From the NCBI GenBank assembly GCA_937890785.1, contig CALAEC010000182.1, positions 1 to 36,379 of the forward strand: a stretch of 36,379 nucleotides of DNA. Direction: 5' to 3'. This DNA comes from an uncultured Actinomycetes bacterium. Its GTDB lineage: Bacteria > Actinomycetota > UBA4738 > CALAEC01. The translations under genes were made by a program, and so were the position numbers. The stretch's first letter is position 1. Each line of letters opens with the position of its first letter. The notes under the pieces were generated by a model. That model worked only from the letters and a program-made list of their open reading frames with translations. It was not told where the DNA came from and ran no database searches. Shown in pieces: positions 27,456-36,362 of this stretch.

Positions 27456-27675
27456 CGGCGGTCTCCGGGCCCGGGCTCCACGCAGAACTCGTGGCCCTCC
27501 GGATCGTGCATCACCGTGTTGTCCTCGTGCCGCTCCACCACCGATGCCCCCAGCCGGACGAGCCGATCGACCTCGATCCCTCGTCGATGTCGCTCCCGAG
27601 GGCGTCCGCCCAGAACCTGGCCACCCGAAGGGCGTCCTGGCAGTCGAACGTGACGTTCTTCACGAACGAGGTCAC
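27452..27675 (-). pseudogene. VOC/glyoxalase-like gene with internal deletion and frameshift
   Basis: Frame A is VTSFVKNVTFDCQDALRVARFWADALGSDIDEG. Frame B is EVDRLVRLGASVVERHEDNTVMHDPEGHEFCVE. The usual central segment (KNRxHLD) is absent. Confidence 0.75.
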
Positions 27676-27699
27676 GGCGCGAGGATAGCGGCCCCAGAT

Positions 27700-27740
27700 G
27701 CCGAGAGCCCGGCGACCTTGCGGCTGCCGGGCTCCTCGGC
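27700..27740 (-). terminator. Hairpin downstream of clpC
   Basis: gccgag-agcccggc ... gccgggct-c-ctcggc inverted repeat. Confidence 0.45.
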
Positions 27741-27809
27741 CTTACCGCCCGCGGCCAGGCGGGCGGGGTCAGGGAACGACGTTCCTACCCGCGTCGGACG
27801 GCTCGAACC

Positions 27810-30284
27810 CTAGGACTCCTGGCCGGCCAGCTCGACCGGCGGGGTCTCCGGCGGCCGCGAAGCCGGCTCGAACACGAGGTCGCCGTCCCGGGCGTCCACG
27901 ATGATCGTCTGCCCGGCCGTGAACTCCTTGTACAGGAGCTTCTCCGACAGCGGGTCCTCGACCATCCGCTGGATCGTCCGACGCAGCGGCCGGGCACCCA
28001 GTGCGGGGTCGTAGCCCTTCTCGGCCAGAACCTCCTTGGCCCGATCGGTGAGCTCGATCTCCACGTCCTTCGACTGGAGCTGCTCCTCGACCCGGCGGAT
28101 CATCAGGTCGACGATCGACTTCACGTCCTCGCGGGACAGCGAGTGGAACACGATGATCTCGTCGATCCGATTCAGGAACTCGGGACGGAAGGAGCGCTTC
28201 AGCTCCTCCATCACCTTGTCCTTCATCTTCTCGTAGGTGACCTCCGCGTCCCCCCCCGGCGAGAACCCGAGTGTGGTGCCCTTCTGGATGTCCCGGGTCC
28301 CCAGGTTCGAGGTCATGATGATCACGGTGTTCTTGAAGTCCACCGTGTGCCCCTGAGCGTCCGTCAGGTGCCCGTCCTCGAGGATCTGGAGCAGCGTGTT
28401 GAACACGTCCGGGTGGGCCTTCTCGATCTCGTCGAACAGGACCACCGAGAACGGCTTCCGGCGCACGGCCTCGGTCAGCTGGCCACCCTCCTCGTACCCG
28501 ACGTAACCGGGCGGCGAGCCGATCAGCCGCGACACCGTGTGCTTCTCCATGTACTCGGACATGTCGAGCTGCACCAGCGCGCCCTCGTCGCCGAACAGGA
28601 ACTCGGCCAGGGCCTTCGACAGCTCGGTCTTCCCCACGCCCGAGGGGCCCAGGAAGATGAACGAGCCGCTGGGACGCTTGGGGTCCTTGAGCCCGGTGCG
28701 GGTCCGGCGGATCGCCTTGGAAACCGCGTTCACGGCCTCCTTCTGGTCGACGATCCGCTTGTGCAGCTCGTCCTCCATCCGGAGGAGCTTCTGGGTCTCC
28801 TCCTCGGTGAGCTTGAACACCGGGATGCCGGTCCACGCCGAGAGGACCTCGGCGATCTCCTCCTCGTCGACCTCGGACAGGACGTCGAGCTCGCCGGACT
28901 TCCACTCCTGCTCCCGGCGGCTGCGCTCGGAGATGAGCTCCTGCTCCTGGTCCTTCAGCGCCTGGGCCCGCTGGAAGTCCTGGGAGTCCACTGCGGACTC
29001 CTTCTGCATGCGGACGTCGGCGATCTTCTCGTCGACCTCGCGAACGTCGGGCGGCGCGGTCATGCGGCGGATCCGCATCCGCGACCCGGCCTCGTCGATC
29101 AGGTCGATGGCCTTGTCCGGCAGGTACCGGTCGCTGATGTAGCGGTCCGAGAGGTTCGCCGCCGCCACCAGGGCGTCGTCGGTGAAGGAGACGCGGTGGT
29201 GCGACTCGTACCGGTCCCGCAGTCCCTTGAGGATGTCGATCGTGTGGGCCACGGTGGGCTCGCTCACGTCGATCGGCTGGAACCGCCGCTCCAGCGCAGC
29301 GTCCTTCTCGAGGTGCTTGCGGTACTCGTCACGGGTGGTCGCCCCGATCGTCTGCAGCTCGCCACGGGCCAGCATCGGCTTCAGGATGCTGGCCGCGTCG
29401 ATGGCACCCTCGGCAGCGCCCGCGCCGACCAGCGTGTGGAGCTCGTCGATGAACAGCACGATGTCGCCGCGGCTTCGGATCTCCTTGAGCACCTTCTTCA
29501 GGCGCTCCTCGAAGTCGCCGCGGTACCGCGACCCGGCCACGAGCGCACCGAGGTCGAGCGTGTAGATCTGCTTGCCCTTCAGCGTCTCCGGCACATCGCC
29601 CTTGACGATCTTCTGGGCCAGCCCCTCGACCACGGCCGTCTTGCCGACACCGGGGTCGCCGATCAGCACGGGGTTGTTCTTGGTGCGGCGGGACAGGACC
29701 TGCATGACCCGTTCGATCTCCTTGTCGCGGCCGATCACCGGGTCGAGCTTCGAGTCCCGGGCCAGCTGGGTCAGGTTGCGGCCGAACTGGTCGAGGACCA
29801 TCGACCCCTGCGGCGGAGCCTCGCCGGGCGCGGTCTCCTTACCGCCGGTGTAGCCGGACAGCAGCTGGATGACCTGCTGGCGGACCCGGTTGAGGTCCGC
29901 GCCGAGCTTCTGGAGCACCTGGGCGGCAACGCCCTCCCCCTCGCGGATCAGGCCGAGGAGGATGTGCTCGGTGCCGATGTAGTTGTGGCCGAGCTGAAGG
30001 GCCTCACGGAGCGACAGCTCAAGGACCTTCTTGGCCCGGGGCGTGAACGGGATGTGGCCGGTGGGAGCCGACTGGCCCTGGCCGATGATCTCCTCGACCT
30101 GCTGGCGGACGGCTTCCAGGGAGATCCCCAGAGACTCCAGGGCCTTGGCGGCCACGCCCTCGCCCTCGTGGATGAGGCCGAGGAGGATGTGCTCGGTTCC
30201 GATGTAGTTGTGGTTGAGCATCCTGGCCTCTTCCTGGGCCAGGACCACGACGCGACGGGCTCGGTCGGTGAATCGCTCGAACAT
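27810..30284 (-). CDS. clpC: ATP-dependent Clp protease ATPase ClpC
   Basis: [20 protein letters not shown], duplicated Clp_N repeats, GDPGVGKT and GPSGVGKT. Confidence 0.98.
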   Translation of the reverse strand: MFERFTDRARRVVVLAQEEARMLNHNYIGTEHILLGLIHEGEGVAAKALESLGISLEAVRQQVEEIIGQGQSAPTGHIPFTPRAKKVLELSLREALQLGHNYIGTEHILLGLIREGEGVAAQVLQKLGADLNRVRQQVIQLLSGYTGGKETAPGEAPPQGSMVLDQFGRNLTQLARDSKLDPVIGRDKEIERVMQVLSRRTKNNPVLIGDPGVGKTAVVEGLAQKIVKGDVPETLKGKQIYTLDLGALVAGSRYRGDFEERLKKVLKEIRSRGDIVLFIDELHTLVGAGAAEGAIDAASILKPMLARGELQTIGATTRDEYRKHLEKDAALERRFQPIDVSEPTVAHTIDILKGLRDRYESHHRVSFTDDALVAAANLSDRYISDRYLPDKAIDLIDEAGSRMRIRRMTAPPDVREVDEKIADVRMQKESAVDSQDFQRAQALKDQEQELISERSRREQEWKSGELDVLSEVDEEEIAEVLSAWTGIPVFKLTEEETQKLLRMEDELHKRIVDQKEAVNAVSKAIRRTRTGLKDPKRPSGSFIFLGPSGVGKTELSKALAEFLFGDEGALVQLDMSEYMEKHTVSRLIGSPPGYVGYEEGGQLTEAVRRKPFSVVLFDEIEKAHPDVFNTLLQILEDGHLTDAQGHTVDFKNTVIIMTSNLGTRDIQKGTTLGFSPGGDAEVTYEKMKDKVMEELKRSFRPEFLNRIDEIIVFHSLSREDVKSIVDLMIRRVEEQLQSKDVEIELTDRAKEVLAEKGYDPALGARPLRRTIQRMVEDPLSEKLLYKEFTAGQTIIVDARDGDLVFEPASRPPETPPVELAGQES

Positions 30285-30540
30285 CCGCTTCCTCTCCCTC
30301 CGGCCGGCTGGTCCGGCCTCGGGCTTCGCCTCAGGGATCCTCGGAACCCCGTCCTACCCCCGAGGCGCCTCGGGCGCCCCCGGCGCTTGATCGCGCCCCC
30401 GGAGCGCCCGTCAGGCCGATTCTACCATCGGGCTCGGATGCGACCTCCGCACCCGTTTCCACATGTTCCAACCAGGGGCCTTCCCCCCGTATTTCGGCTC
30501 GACCGGGGGGCCGGATGAGCGCCCGGCGCGGATTTCCCGG

Positions 30541-30792
30541 CTAGGTCGATGTGGCCTTGGAGCCCTTGACCTTGGCCTTGACCTCTTCCTCGGCGTCCTC
30601 GACCGCCCGGATCCCTCGCTGGGCCCCGGCCTCCACGACCTCCTTGCCTCGGGTGACCGCGCGCTGGACCGAGGGATTGCCCATGAAGGAGTCCCACGAC
30701 GCCTTGAGCTCCTCGTACCGCTCGCGCCCGGCCTTCGTCCCCAGGACGTATCCGACGCCGAACCCGACCAACAGTCCCGTCTTGAACCCCAT
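30541..30792 (-). CDS. Small YtxH-like membrane-anchored protein
   Basis: MGFKTGLLVGFGVGYVLGTKAGRERYEELK. RBS AAGGAGG. Confidence 0.8.
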   Translation of the reverse strand: MGFKTGLLVGFGVGYVLGTKAGRERYEELKASWDSFMGNPSVQRAVTRGKEVVEAGAQRGIRAVEDAEEEVKAKVKGSKATST

Positions 30793-30885
30793 CCGCCACC
30801 TCCTTGTCCTGTTGGCACCATTCTTTCCCAACCGGGCCGCACTCTACCAACGGGGTAGGAAGGAGACGAGCAGGAAGGAGGCGCC

Positions 30886-31116
30886 ATGGCGGATCGCCAC
30901 CGGCACGACGACGTGGTCCACGGGCACACGCACCATCACGTGGTCCACTATCTGTCCCACGGCCTGGACTGGAGCCATCTCCCGGCCACGCACGAGCACG
31001 AGCACAACCATCCGGCCGTCGAGCACGAGCACCAAGAGCACGAAGATCCTGGCCACGAGCACGAGCGCGAGGCCCACATCCACGACCACGCCAGCCCGGC
31101 GGCCTCGCCCGCCTAG
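30886..31116 (+). CDS. Histidine-rich small protein, putative metal-binding
   Basis: 22 His in 76 aa. RBS AAGGAGG. GC3-biased codons. Its stop overlaps the convergent gene. Confidence 0.75.
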   Translation: MADRHRHDDVVHGHTHHHVVHYLSHGLDWSHLPATHEHEHNHPAVEHEHQEHEDPGHEHEREAHIHDHASPAASPA

Positions 31117-32390
31117 TGCAGCGGGTCTTCGTGGGACCGGGTGACGATCCCGAACCGTGACTTCCAGTAGTTCGGGCTCGGCTTCCGTCGGTGCCAGCTC
31201 GGGAAGAAGACCTTCCTGTCCCGGTCGAGGAGATTGACCCGCTCCCCGTTCGTGGTGAAGGTGCGCATGACGGGGCGCCAGGGAACGGCGCCCTGGGCCT
31301 CGCCCGGGGTCAGCGGCTGATCGGTCACGGCGAACACCCCGAGCTGGCTCTCCTCGGCCAGCACGTGGTCGTCGGGCCCCAGCCGGACCGGCACCGAGGA
31401 GTAGGTCTCGTCCCGGAAGCCCTCGAGCGCTCGGACCAGCCGCTCGCCCCCCGCGCCGCCGGTCCGCTGCAGTGCCTCGGCCACCGCCCGGACCGCGTCG
31501 TAGCCCTCCTGCTCGAAGCCGACCGGCGGATGTCCGTACGCCGCCTCGAACCGCTCGCGGAAGCGATGGACCCGCGGGATCATGTCGGCCCAGCCCGCCC
31601 AGGTGTACGGGAGGCAGACGACGGCGCCGGTCGGCAGGTTGCGATTGAGGACGGCCTCGTTGACGGCGGCGAGCTGCCCGCCGTCCCGTGCGTGGCTGAC
31701 CGGCCGCAACGCCAAGACCGCGTCCGCCCCGAGGAGCGTCTCGGCCGGCGAGGCACCTTCCTCGGCCAGCGCCTCCGCGCCGAGCGTCGCATCGTCCAGC
31801 ACCGCGATCGAATCGTGCCCTCGGTCGACCACCAGGTACCGGGCCAGGACCCGAGCCTGCCAGCGATGCGGGATCGAGGCCTGGAAGGCGAGTCGGAACA
31901 GGGCACGGTCCGTGTACAGGTCGCCGCCCAGGAGGATCACCGGCACCCCGGCGGCTTCGATCTCCGGCCGGGCGTCGGCCACGGCGTGAGCCGACCCGAC
32001 CACGAACACTGCCGGAGGCCCTCCGGTCAAGACCTGCCGAAGAGCATCGAGCGGGTCCGCCGGGGGCCGAACGTCGAGCGAGACGCCGACCTGGTCCGCG
32101 GCCAGCTCCATCCCCTCGAGGTACGAGTGGTGCACCCCTTCGTCAAGGATCACGGGCAGGACGGTGCCGACTGGCGACGGCGTCACGGTAGGCCCCGGCC
32201 CCGGCCCCGGCCTCGGCCCGGCGCCCCCTTCACCCTCGGTACAGGCACCGAGGAGAAGCAGGAGCGTGACCAGACAGGCCGTGGGGCGGCCCCGCGCAGC
32301 GAGGCAGGGCCCCCGCAGCGAGTGGTTGCGCTGCGGGGTGCCGAGCGTCAGCAGGGGCCGCCCGGAGGTGGGCGTCTGGCCGCGCGCCAC
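31113..32390 (-). CDS. Orphan solute-binding lipoprotein (Leu/Ile/Val-binding fold, divergent)
   Basis: LLLLLGAC lipobox, PG-repeat linker, YLEGMELA, FRERFEAAYG and EGYDAVRAVAEAL. Start uncertain. Confidence 0.7.
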   Translation of the reverse strand: MARGQTPTSGRPLLTLGTPQRNHSLRGPCLAARGRPTACLVTLLLLLGACTEGEGGAGPRPGPGPGPTVTPSPVGTVLPVILDEGVHHSYLEGMELAADQVGVSLDVRPPADPLDALRQVLTGGPPAVFVVGSAHAVADARPEIEAAGVPVILLGGDLYTDRALFRLAFQASIPHRWQARVLARYLVVDRGHDSIAVLDDATLGAEALAEEGASPAETLLGADAVLALRPVSHARDGGQLAAVNEAVLNRNLPTGAVVCLPYTWAGWADMIPRVHRFRERFEAAYGHPPVGFEQEGYDAVRAVAEALQRTGGAGGERLVRALEGFRDETYSSVPVRLGPDDHVLAEESQLGVFAVTDQPLTPGEAQGAVPWRPVMRTFTTNGERVNLLDRDRKVFFPSWHRRKPSPNYWKSRFGIVTRSHEDPLH

Positions 32391-32392
32391 GG

Positions 32393-33877
32393 TCAGGATT
32401 CGGGACGGAGCGCGGGGAACAGGATGACCTCGCGGAGGGACGGTGCGTCGGTGAGGACCATCAGCAGACGATCCACGCCCAGCCCCATGCCCCCGGCCGG
32501 CGGCATCCCGTGCTCCAGGGCCACCAGGAACTCCTGGTCGAACGGATGGGCCTCGTCGTCGCCGGCGGCGGCCTGGGCACGCTGCATCTCGAAACGGGCC
32601 CGCTGCTCGTCCGGATCGGTCAGCTCCGAGTACGCCGGCACGATCTCCACGCCCCCCATGATCAGGTCGAAGTGTTCGGTGACGCGCGGATCCTCCCGGT
32701 GCGGTCGCGCCAGCGGTGAAACCTCACGCGGGAAGTCCTTGACGATCGTGGGCGCCACCAGGTTCGACTCGACCAGCTTCTCGAACAGCTCGACGACGAG
32801 CTTCCCGGCCGGCCAGGCCGGGTCGTAGCCGACCCCTCGCTCGTCGGCGACCCGCTGGAGGTCCTCGACCGGCGTGTCGGTGGTGACGTCGCGCCCGACC
32901 GCTTCGGCCACGGCGTCATGGAGCGTGATCCGAGGCCATGGACGGTCCAGATCGACCCCGGTGCCGCGCCATGAGTACGTCCGCGAGCCGTTCACGGCTT
33001 CGGCCGAGGCCTTCACCAACCCCTCGGTCAGATCCATCATGTCCTCGTACGTCCCGTACGCCTGGTACGCCTCGAGCATCGTGAACTCAGGGTTGTACTT
33101 GGGCGAGATCCCCTCGTTCCGAAACGTCCGGCCGATCTCGTACACGCGCTCCATCCCACCGACCAGCAGCCGCTTCAGGTACAGCTCGAGCGCGATGCGC
33201 AGGTACATGTCGATGTCGAGGGCCCCGTGGTGCGTGACGAACGGCCGGGCCAAGCCCCCGCCCGCCACCGGCTGCAGCACCGGGGTCTCGACCTCGACGA
33301 AGCCGAGCCCGTCGAGATGGCCCCGTAGGGCCGCGAGCATGCGCGCCCGGGCGGCAAGCCGGGCTCTGGCCTCCTCGTTCGTGGCCAGGTCGAGGTACCG
33401 GCGCCGGTACCGCAGCTCGACGTCCCGCAGGCCGTGCCACTTCTCCGGGAGCGGCCGCAACGACTTCGTCAGCAGCACCAGCCGCGCCGGCCGGACCGAG
33501 AGCTCGCCGCGCTTCGTCCGCACGACCTCCCCCTCCGCTCCGATCCAGTCGCCGAGGTCGAGATCCTCGAGCGCCGCGTACGCGTCGGCGCCGAGGGTCT
33601 CCGCGGACAGGAACAGCTGGACGTCTCCGGTACCGTCGCGGAGCACGCCGAACGAGAGCTTCCCGTGTTCTCGCAACCCCACCAGGCGCCCGGCCACCCG
33701 GACCACCTGCCCGCTGTCCTCGCCCGGCTCGAGTCCCGCAAACTTCCCGGCGATCTCCGCCGTGGTGGCGTCCCGGTCGAACCGCAGGGCGAACGGCTCG
33801 ATCCCCTTGGCCCGCAACCGTTCCAGCTTCTCGCGCCGGACCGTGAGGACGTCCTGTGCGGTCGCGTCCTCTGTCAT
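32393..33877 (-). CDS. lysS: Lysine--tRNA ligase (class II)
   Basis: RPLPEKWHGL, YRRRYLDL, VETPVL, FRNEGIS...NPEFTMLE and GMPPAGGMGLGVDRL. ATG 33877 overlaps the coaX stop. Confidence 0.98.
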   Translation of the reverse strand: MTEDATAQDVLTVRREKLERLRAKGIEPFALRFDRDATTAEIAGKFAGLEPGEDSGQVVRVAGRLVGLREHGKLSFGVLRDGTGDVQLFLSAETLGADAYAALEDLDLGDWIGAEGEVVRTKRGELSVRPARLVLLTKSLRPLPEKWHGLRDVELRYRRRYLDLATNEEARARLAARARMLAALRGHLDGLGFVEVETPVLQPVAGGGLARPFVTHHGALDIDMYLRIALELYLKRLLVGGMERVYEIGRTFRNEGISPKYNPEFTMLEAYQAYGTYEDMMDLTEGLVKASAEAVNGSRTYSWRGTGVDLDRPWPRITLHDAVAEAVGRDVTTDTPVEDLQRVADERGVGYDPAWPAGKLVVELFEKLVESNLVAPTIVKDFPREVSPLARPHREDPRVTEHFDLIMGGVEIVPAYSELTDPDEQRARFEMQRAQAAAGDDEAHPFDQEFLVALEHGMPPAGGMGLGVDRLLMVLTDAPSLREVILFPALRPES

Positions 33878-34638
33878 GCGTTCTTCTCGAACACCAGGCG
33901 GAGGCCCTCGAGCGTGAGCCACGGCTCGTGGTGGTCGACCGTCCGGCACTCCTCGATCACCACCGGTGCGAGGCCGCCGGTGGCGATCACCGTCGGCTGA
34001 CCGAGCTCCTTGGCGATCCGCTCGATCATCCCGTCGATCAGCGCGGCGTAGCCGAAGATCAGCCCGGACTGCACGCTCTCCACGGTGTTCTTGCCGATCG
34101 CGGCCTGGGGCGCGACCATCTCCACCAGCGGCAAGCGCGCGGTGTGCTCGAACAGCGCCCGGGCCGCGATCTGGAGCCCCGGGGCGATCGCGCCGCCGAC
34201 GTACTCGCCGCGCTCCGACACGCAGTCGAACGTGGTGGCCGTCCCGAAGTCGACGACCACACAGGGCCCGCCATACCGGGTGAAGGCGGCCAGCGCGTTG
34301 ACGATGCGGTCGGCGCCGACCTCCTTGGGGTTGTCGGTCAATACGGGCACGCCCGTCTTCACCCCCGGCTCCACCACCACCGGCGGGAACCGGAAGTACC
34401 GGCGGACCATCTCCCGGATCGCCTGGGTGGCGCTCGGCACCACGCTCGAGAGCACCACGCCGGTCACGTTGCGGTCGAACGAGAGATCCTGCTGCTGGAG
34501 GAACCCGCCGAACAGAAGGGCCAGCTCGTCGGCGGTGCGGTCCGGAACCGTGGCCATCCGCCACCGCCACGCCAGCTCCTCGTCGCGGAACACGCCGACG
34601 ACGGTCTCGGTGTTGCCCACGTCGATGGCCAGCAGCAT
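33874..34638 (-). CDS. coaX: Type III pantothenate kinase
   Basis: AIDVGNT, EVGADRIVN, VDFGTATT, GGAIAPG and ATGG. Confidence 0.96.
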   Translation of the reverse strand: MLLAIDVGNTETVVGVFRDEELAWRWRMATVPDRTADELALLFGGFLQQQDLSFDRNVTGVVLSSVVPSATQAIREMVRRYFRFPPVVVEPGVKTGVPVLTDNPKEVGADRIVNALAAFTRYGGPCVVVDFGTATTFDCVSERGEYVGGAIAPGLQIAARALFEHTARLPLVEMVAPQAAIGKNTVESVQSGLIFGYAALIDGMIERIAKELGQPTVIATGGLAPVVIEECRTVDHHEPWLTLEGLRLVFEKNA

Positions 34639-34653
34639 CGCTCGTATCCTCCC

Positions 34654-35508
34654 TCAATCGGACGGCCGCAGGAGCAGGTTGTCGATCAGCCTTGCCGGGC
34701 CGACGCGAGCGGCAACCAGGGCCCGGGCCGGTCCGCGCAGCCGGTCGACCTCCTCGAACGTGTCCTCGTCGACCACGGCCACGTAGTCGAGCGCGGCCAA
34801 CGGCTCGGCCCCGATCCGGCGGGCCAGCTCAGCCCGAAGCACCCGGGCATCGCGCTCGCCGCCCTCCACGAGCCACGCCGCCCGGGCCAGGGCCTCGTAC
34901 AGGCACGTGGCGGCCCGGCGCTCCTCGGCCGAGAGATAGGTGTTGCGCGAGGACAGCGCCAGCCCGTCCCGCTCACGGACGGTCGGACAGCCGACGATCT
35001 CCGCCGGCAGGTCGAGGTCGCGGACCATCCGCAGGACGATGAACAGTTGCTGGGCGTCCTTCTCACCGAAGTAGGCCCGGCACGGCCCCACGATCCCCAG
35101 CAGCTTCGCCACCACGGTGCTGACGCCCCGGAAGTGCCCAGGTCGCGAAGCGCCCTCGAGCCGGTTCCCCACCGGGCCGGGATCAACGGTGACTTCGGGA
35201 GGACCGCCCGGATACATCTCGTCGGCGTCCGGCGCGAACACCGCATCGACGCCCTCCTTCTCGCAGATGCCGAGATCGCGGTCGAGGTCGCGCGGGTACG
35301 CCGCCACGTCCTCCGCCGGGCCGAACTGAAGCGGGTTGACGAAGATCGACACGGCGACCAGGTCGGCTTCCTCGCGAGCCCGGGCCATCAGTGAGCGGTG
35401 CCCGTCGTGGAGGAACCCCAACGTGGGGACGAAGCCGACGCCCCGGCCGGCGGCCCGGGCCTCCACCATGGCCTCGCGGAACGCCTCGCGGGTCCGGATC
35501 ACCTCCAC
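34654..35508 (-). CDS. panC: Pantoate--beta-alanine ligase
   Basis: VPTLGFLHDGH, SIFVNPLQF, RPGHFRGV, FGEKDAQQ, DGLALSSRN and RLIDN. Confidence 0.97.
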   Translation of the reverse strand: MEVIRTREAFREAMVEARAAGRGVGFVPTLGFLHDGHRSLMARAREEADLVAVSIFVNPLQFGPAEDVAAYPRDLDRDLGICEKEGVDAVFAPDADEMYPGGPPEVTVDPGPVGNRLEGASRPGHFRGVSTVVAKLLGIVGPCRAYFGEKDAQQLFIVLRMVRDLDLPAEIVGCPTVRERDGLALSSRNTYLSAEERRAATCLYEALARAAWLVEGGERDARVLRAELARRIGAEPLAALDYVAVVDEDTFEEVDRLRGPARALVAARVGPARLIDNLLLRPSD

Positions 35509-36362
35509 TCGGTCAGCACCTCCCGAATAGCCGATGCCTCGTCGGGGCCAAGCCGGCGGGCTCGGGTGGCCAGGTTGATGGCCGCGTCGGCCAGGGCCAC
35601 GTAGGCCGGCACCGCCTCCGGGGCGTGCCCGGCGATCGCCTCGAGGTTGCGGCGCACGGTCCCGGCGTCGCCCCGAGCCACGGGGCCGGTGAGGGCGGCC
35701 TCAGGGCCGACGCGGATCACGTTCGCCAGACTGGCCTCAGCCAGCGGCGCGAAGGCGGGGAGCGGTGCCGGGAGCCCGGCCAGGCGGAACAGGTGCTCGG
35801 CCAGCCCCTCCACCGCCACGAGATAGTTCGAGCAGAACACCGCGGCCGCGTGGTACAGGGGCTTGCGCTCCTCGGACAGGCGGAACGCCACCCCGCCCCA
35901 GTCGGCGGCGAGCCGCTCGCCGACCTCGAACCCGCGCTCGGTCCACGCCGTGACCGCCACGTGGGCGCCGGGGAGGCGCTCGAGCCCCGACCCGACGTCG
36001 GGCACGGTCTGCATCGGGTGCGTCGACAGGACGTCGGCGCCGGCGTCGCGGGCCGGACCGAGCGCCAGGAGCGGCTCGGCGCCGGAGAGGTGGACCACGA
36101 ACCCACCGTCGGTGAAGCCGCCGGCCGCAGCGATCTCGGCGCACGTCCCGGCGATGGCGTCGTCGGGCACCGCGAGGAGCACGGCCTCGCCCGAGCGCGC
36201 GGCGTCGGCGGGTGGGAGGAGGGGAACGTCCGGCAGCCAGGTCTCGACCCGCGCCCGGGACGCCTCCCGCCCCGAGGCCGCCACCACGCGGTGCCCGGCC
36301 CTGGTCAGGAGGACCGCCAGCGCGGTCCCGACCCTGCCCGCCCCTACGACCGCGACGTCCAT
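35499..36362 (-). CDS. Rossmann-like/DUF2520 protein (PanG-type ketopantoate reductase candidate)
   Basis: VVGAGRVG, AVPDDAI, HLSGA, HPMQT, YHAAAVFCSN and LTGPVARGD. Overlaps the panC start. Confidence 0.88.
   Translation of the reverse strand: MDVAVVGAGRVGTALAVLLTRAGHRVVAASGREASRARVETWLPDVPLLPPADAARSGEAVLLAVPDDAIAGTCAEIAAAGGFTDGGFVVHLSGAEPLLALGPARDAGADVLSTHPMQTVPDVGSGLERLPGAHVAVTAWTERGFEVGERLAADWGGVAFRLSEERKPLYHAAAVFCSNYLVAVEGLAEHLFRLAGLPAPLPAFAPLAEASLANVIRVGPEAALTGPVARGDAGTVRRNLEAIAGHAPEAVPAYVALADAAINLATRARRLGPDEASAIREVLTEWR

Noticed and set aside
27770-27812. GGTTCGAG T-loop-like motif just after the clpC stop
   Set aside because: No T-stem, acceptor stem or anticodon arm can be formed, and it does not match the tRNA-Thr 3' end.
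30455-30472. GAAC/GTTC-containing AT-richer patch upstream of clpC as a second SOS box
   Set aside because: It does not fit GAAC-N4-GTTC spacing.
32190-32222. Tandem GGCCCC hexamer repeats
   Set aside because: They encode the PGPGPG linker of the lipoprotein. There are no spacers, so this is not a CRISPR or regulatory array.
32393-34657. Apparent long N-terminal extensions of LysS (754 aa), GT2 (572 aa), HAD (469 aa), OtsA (561 aa) and RlmB (311 aa)
   Set aside because: The extensions are off-frame reads of the upstream genes. The true starts overlap upstream stop codons (ATGA/GTGA).
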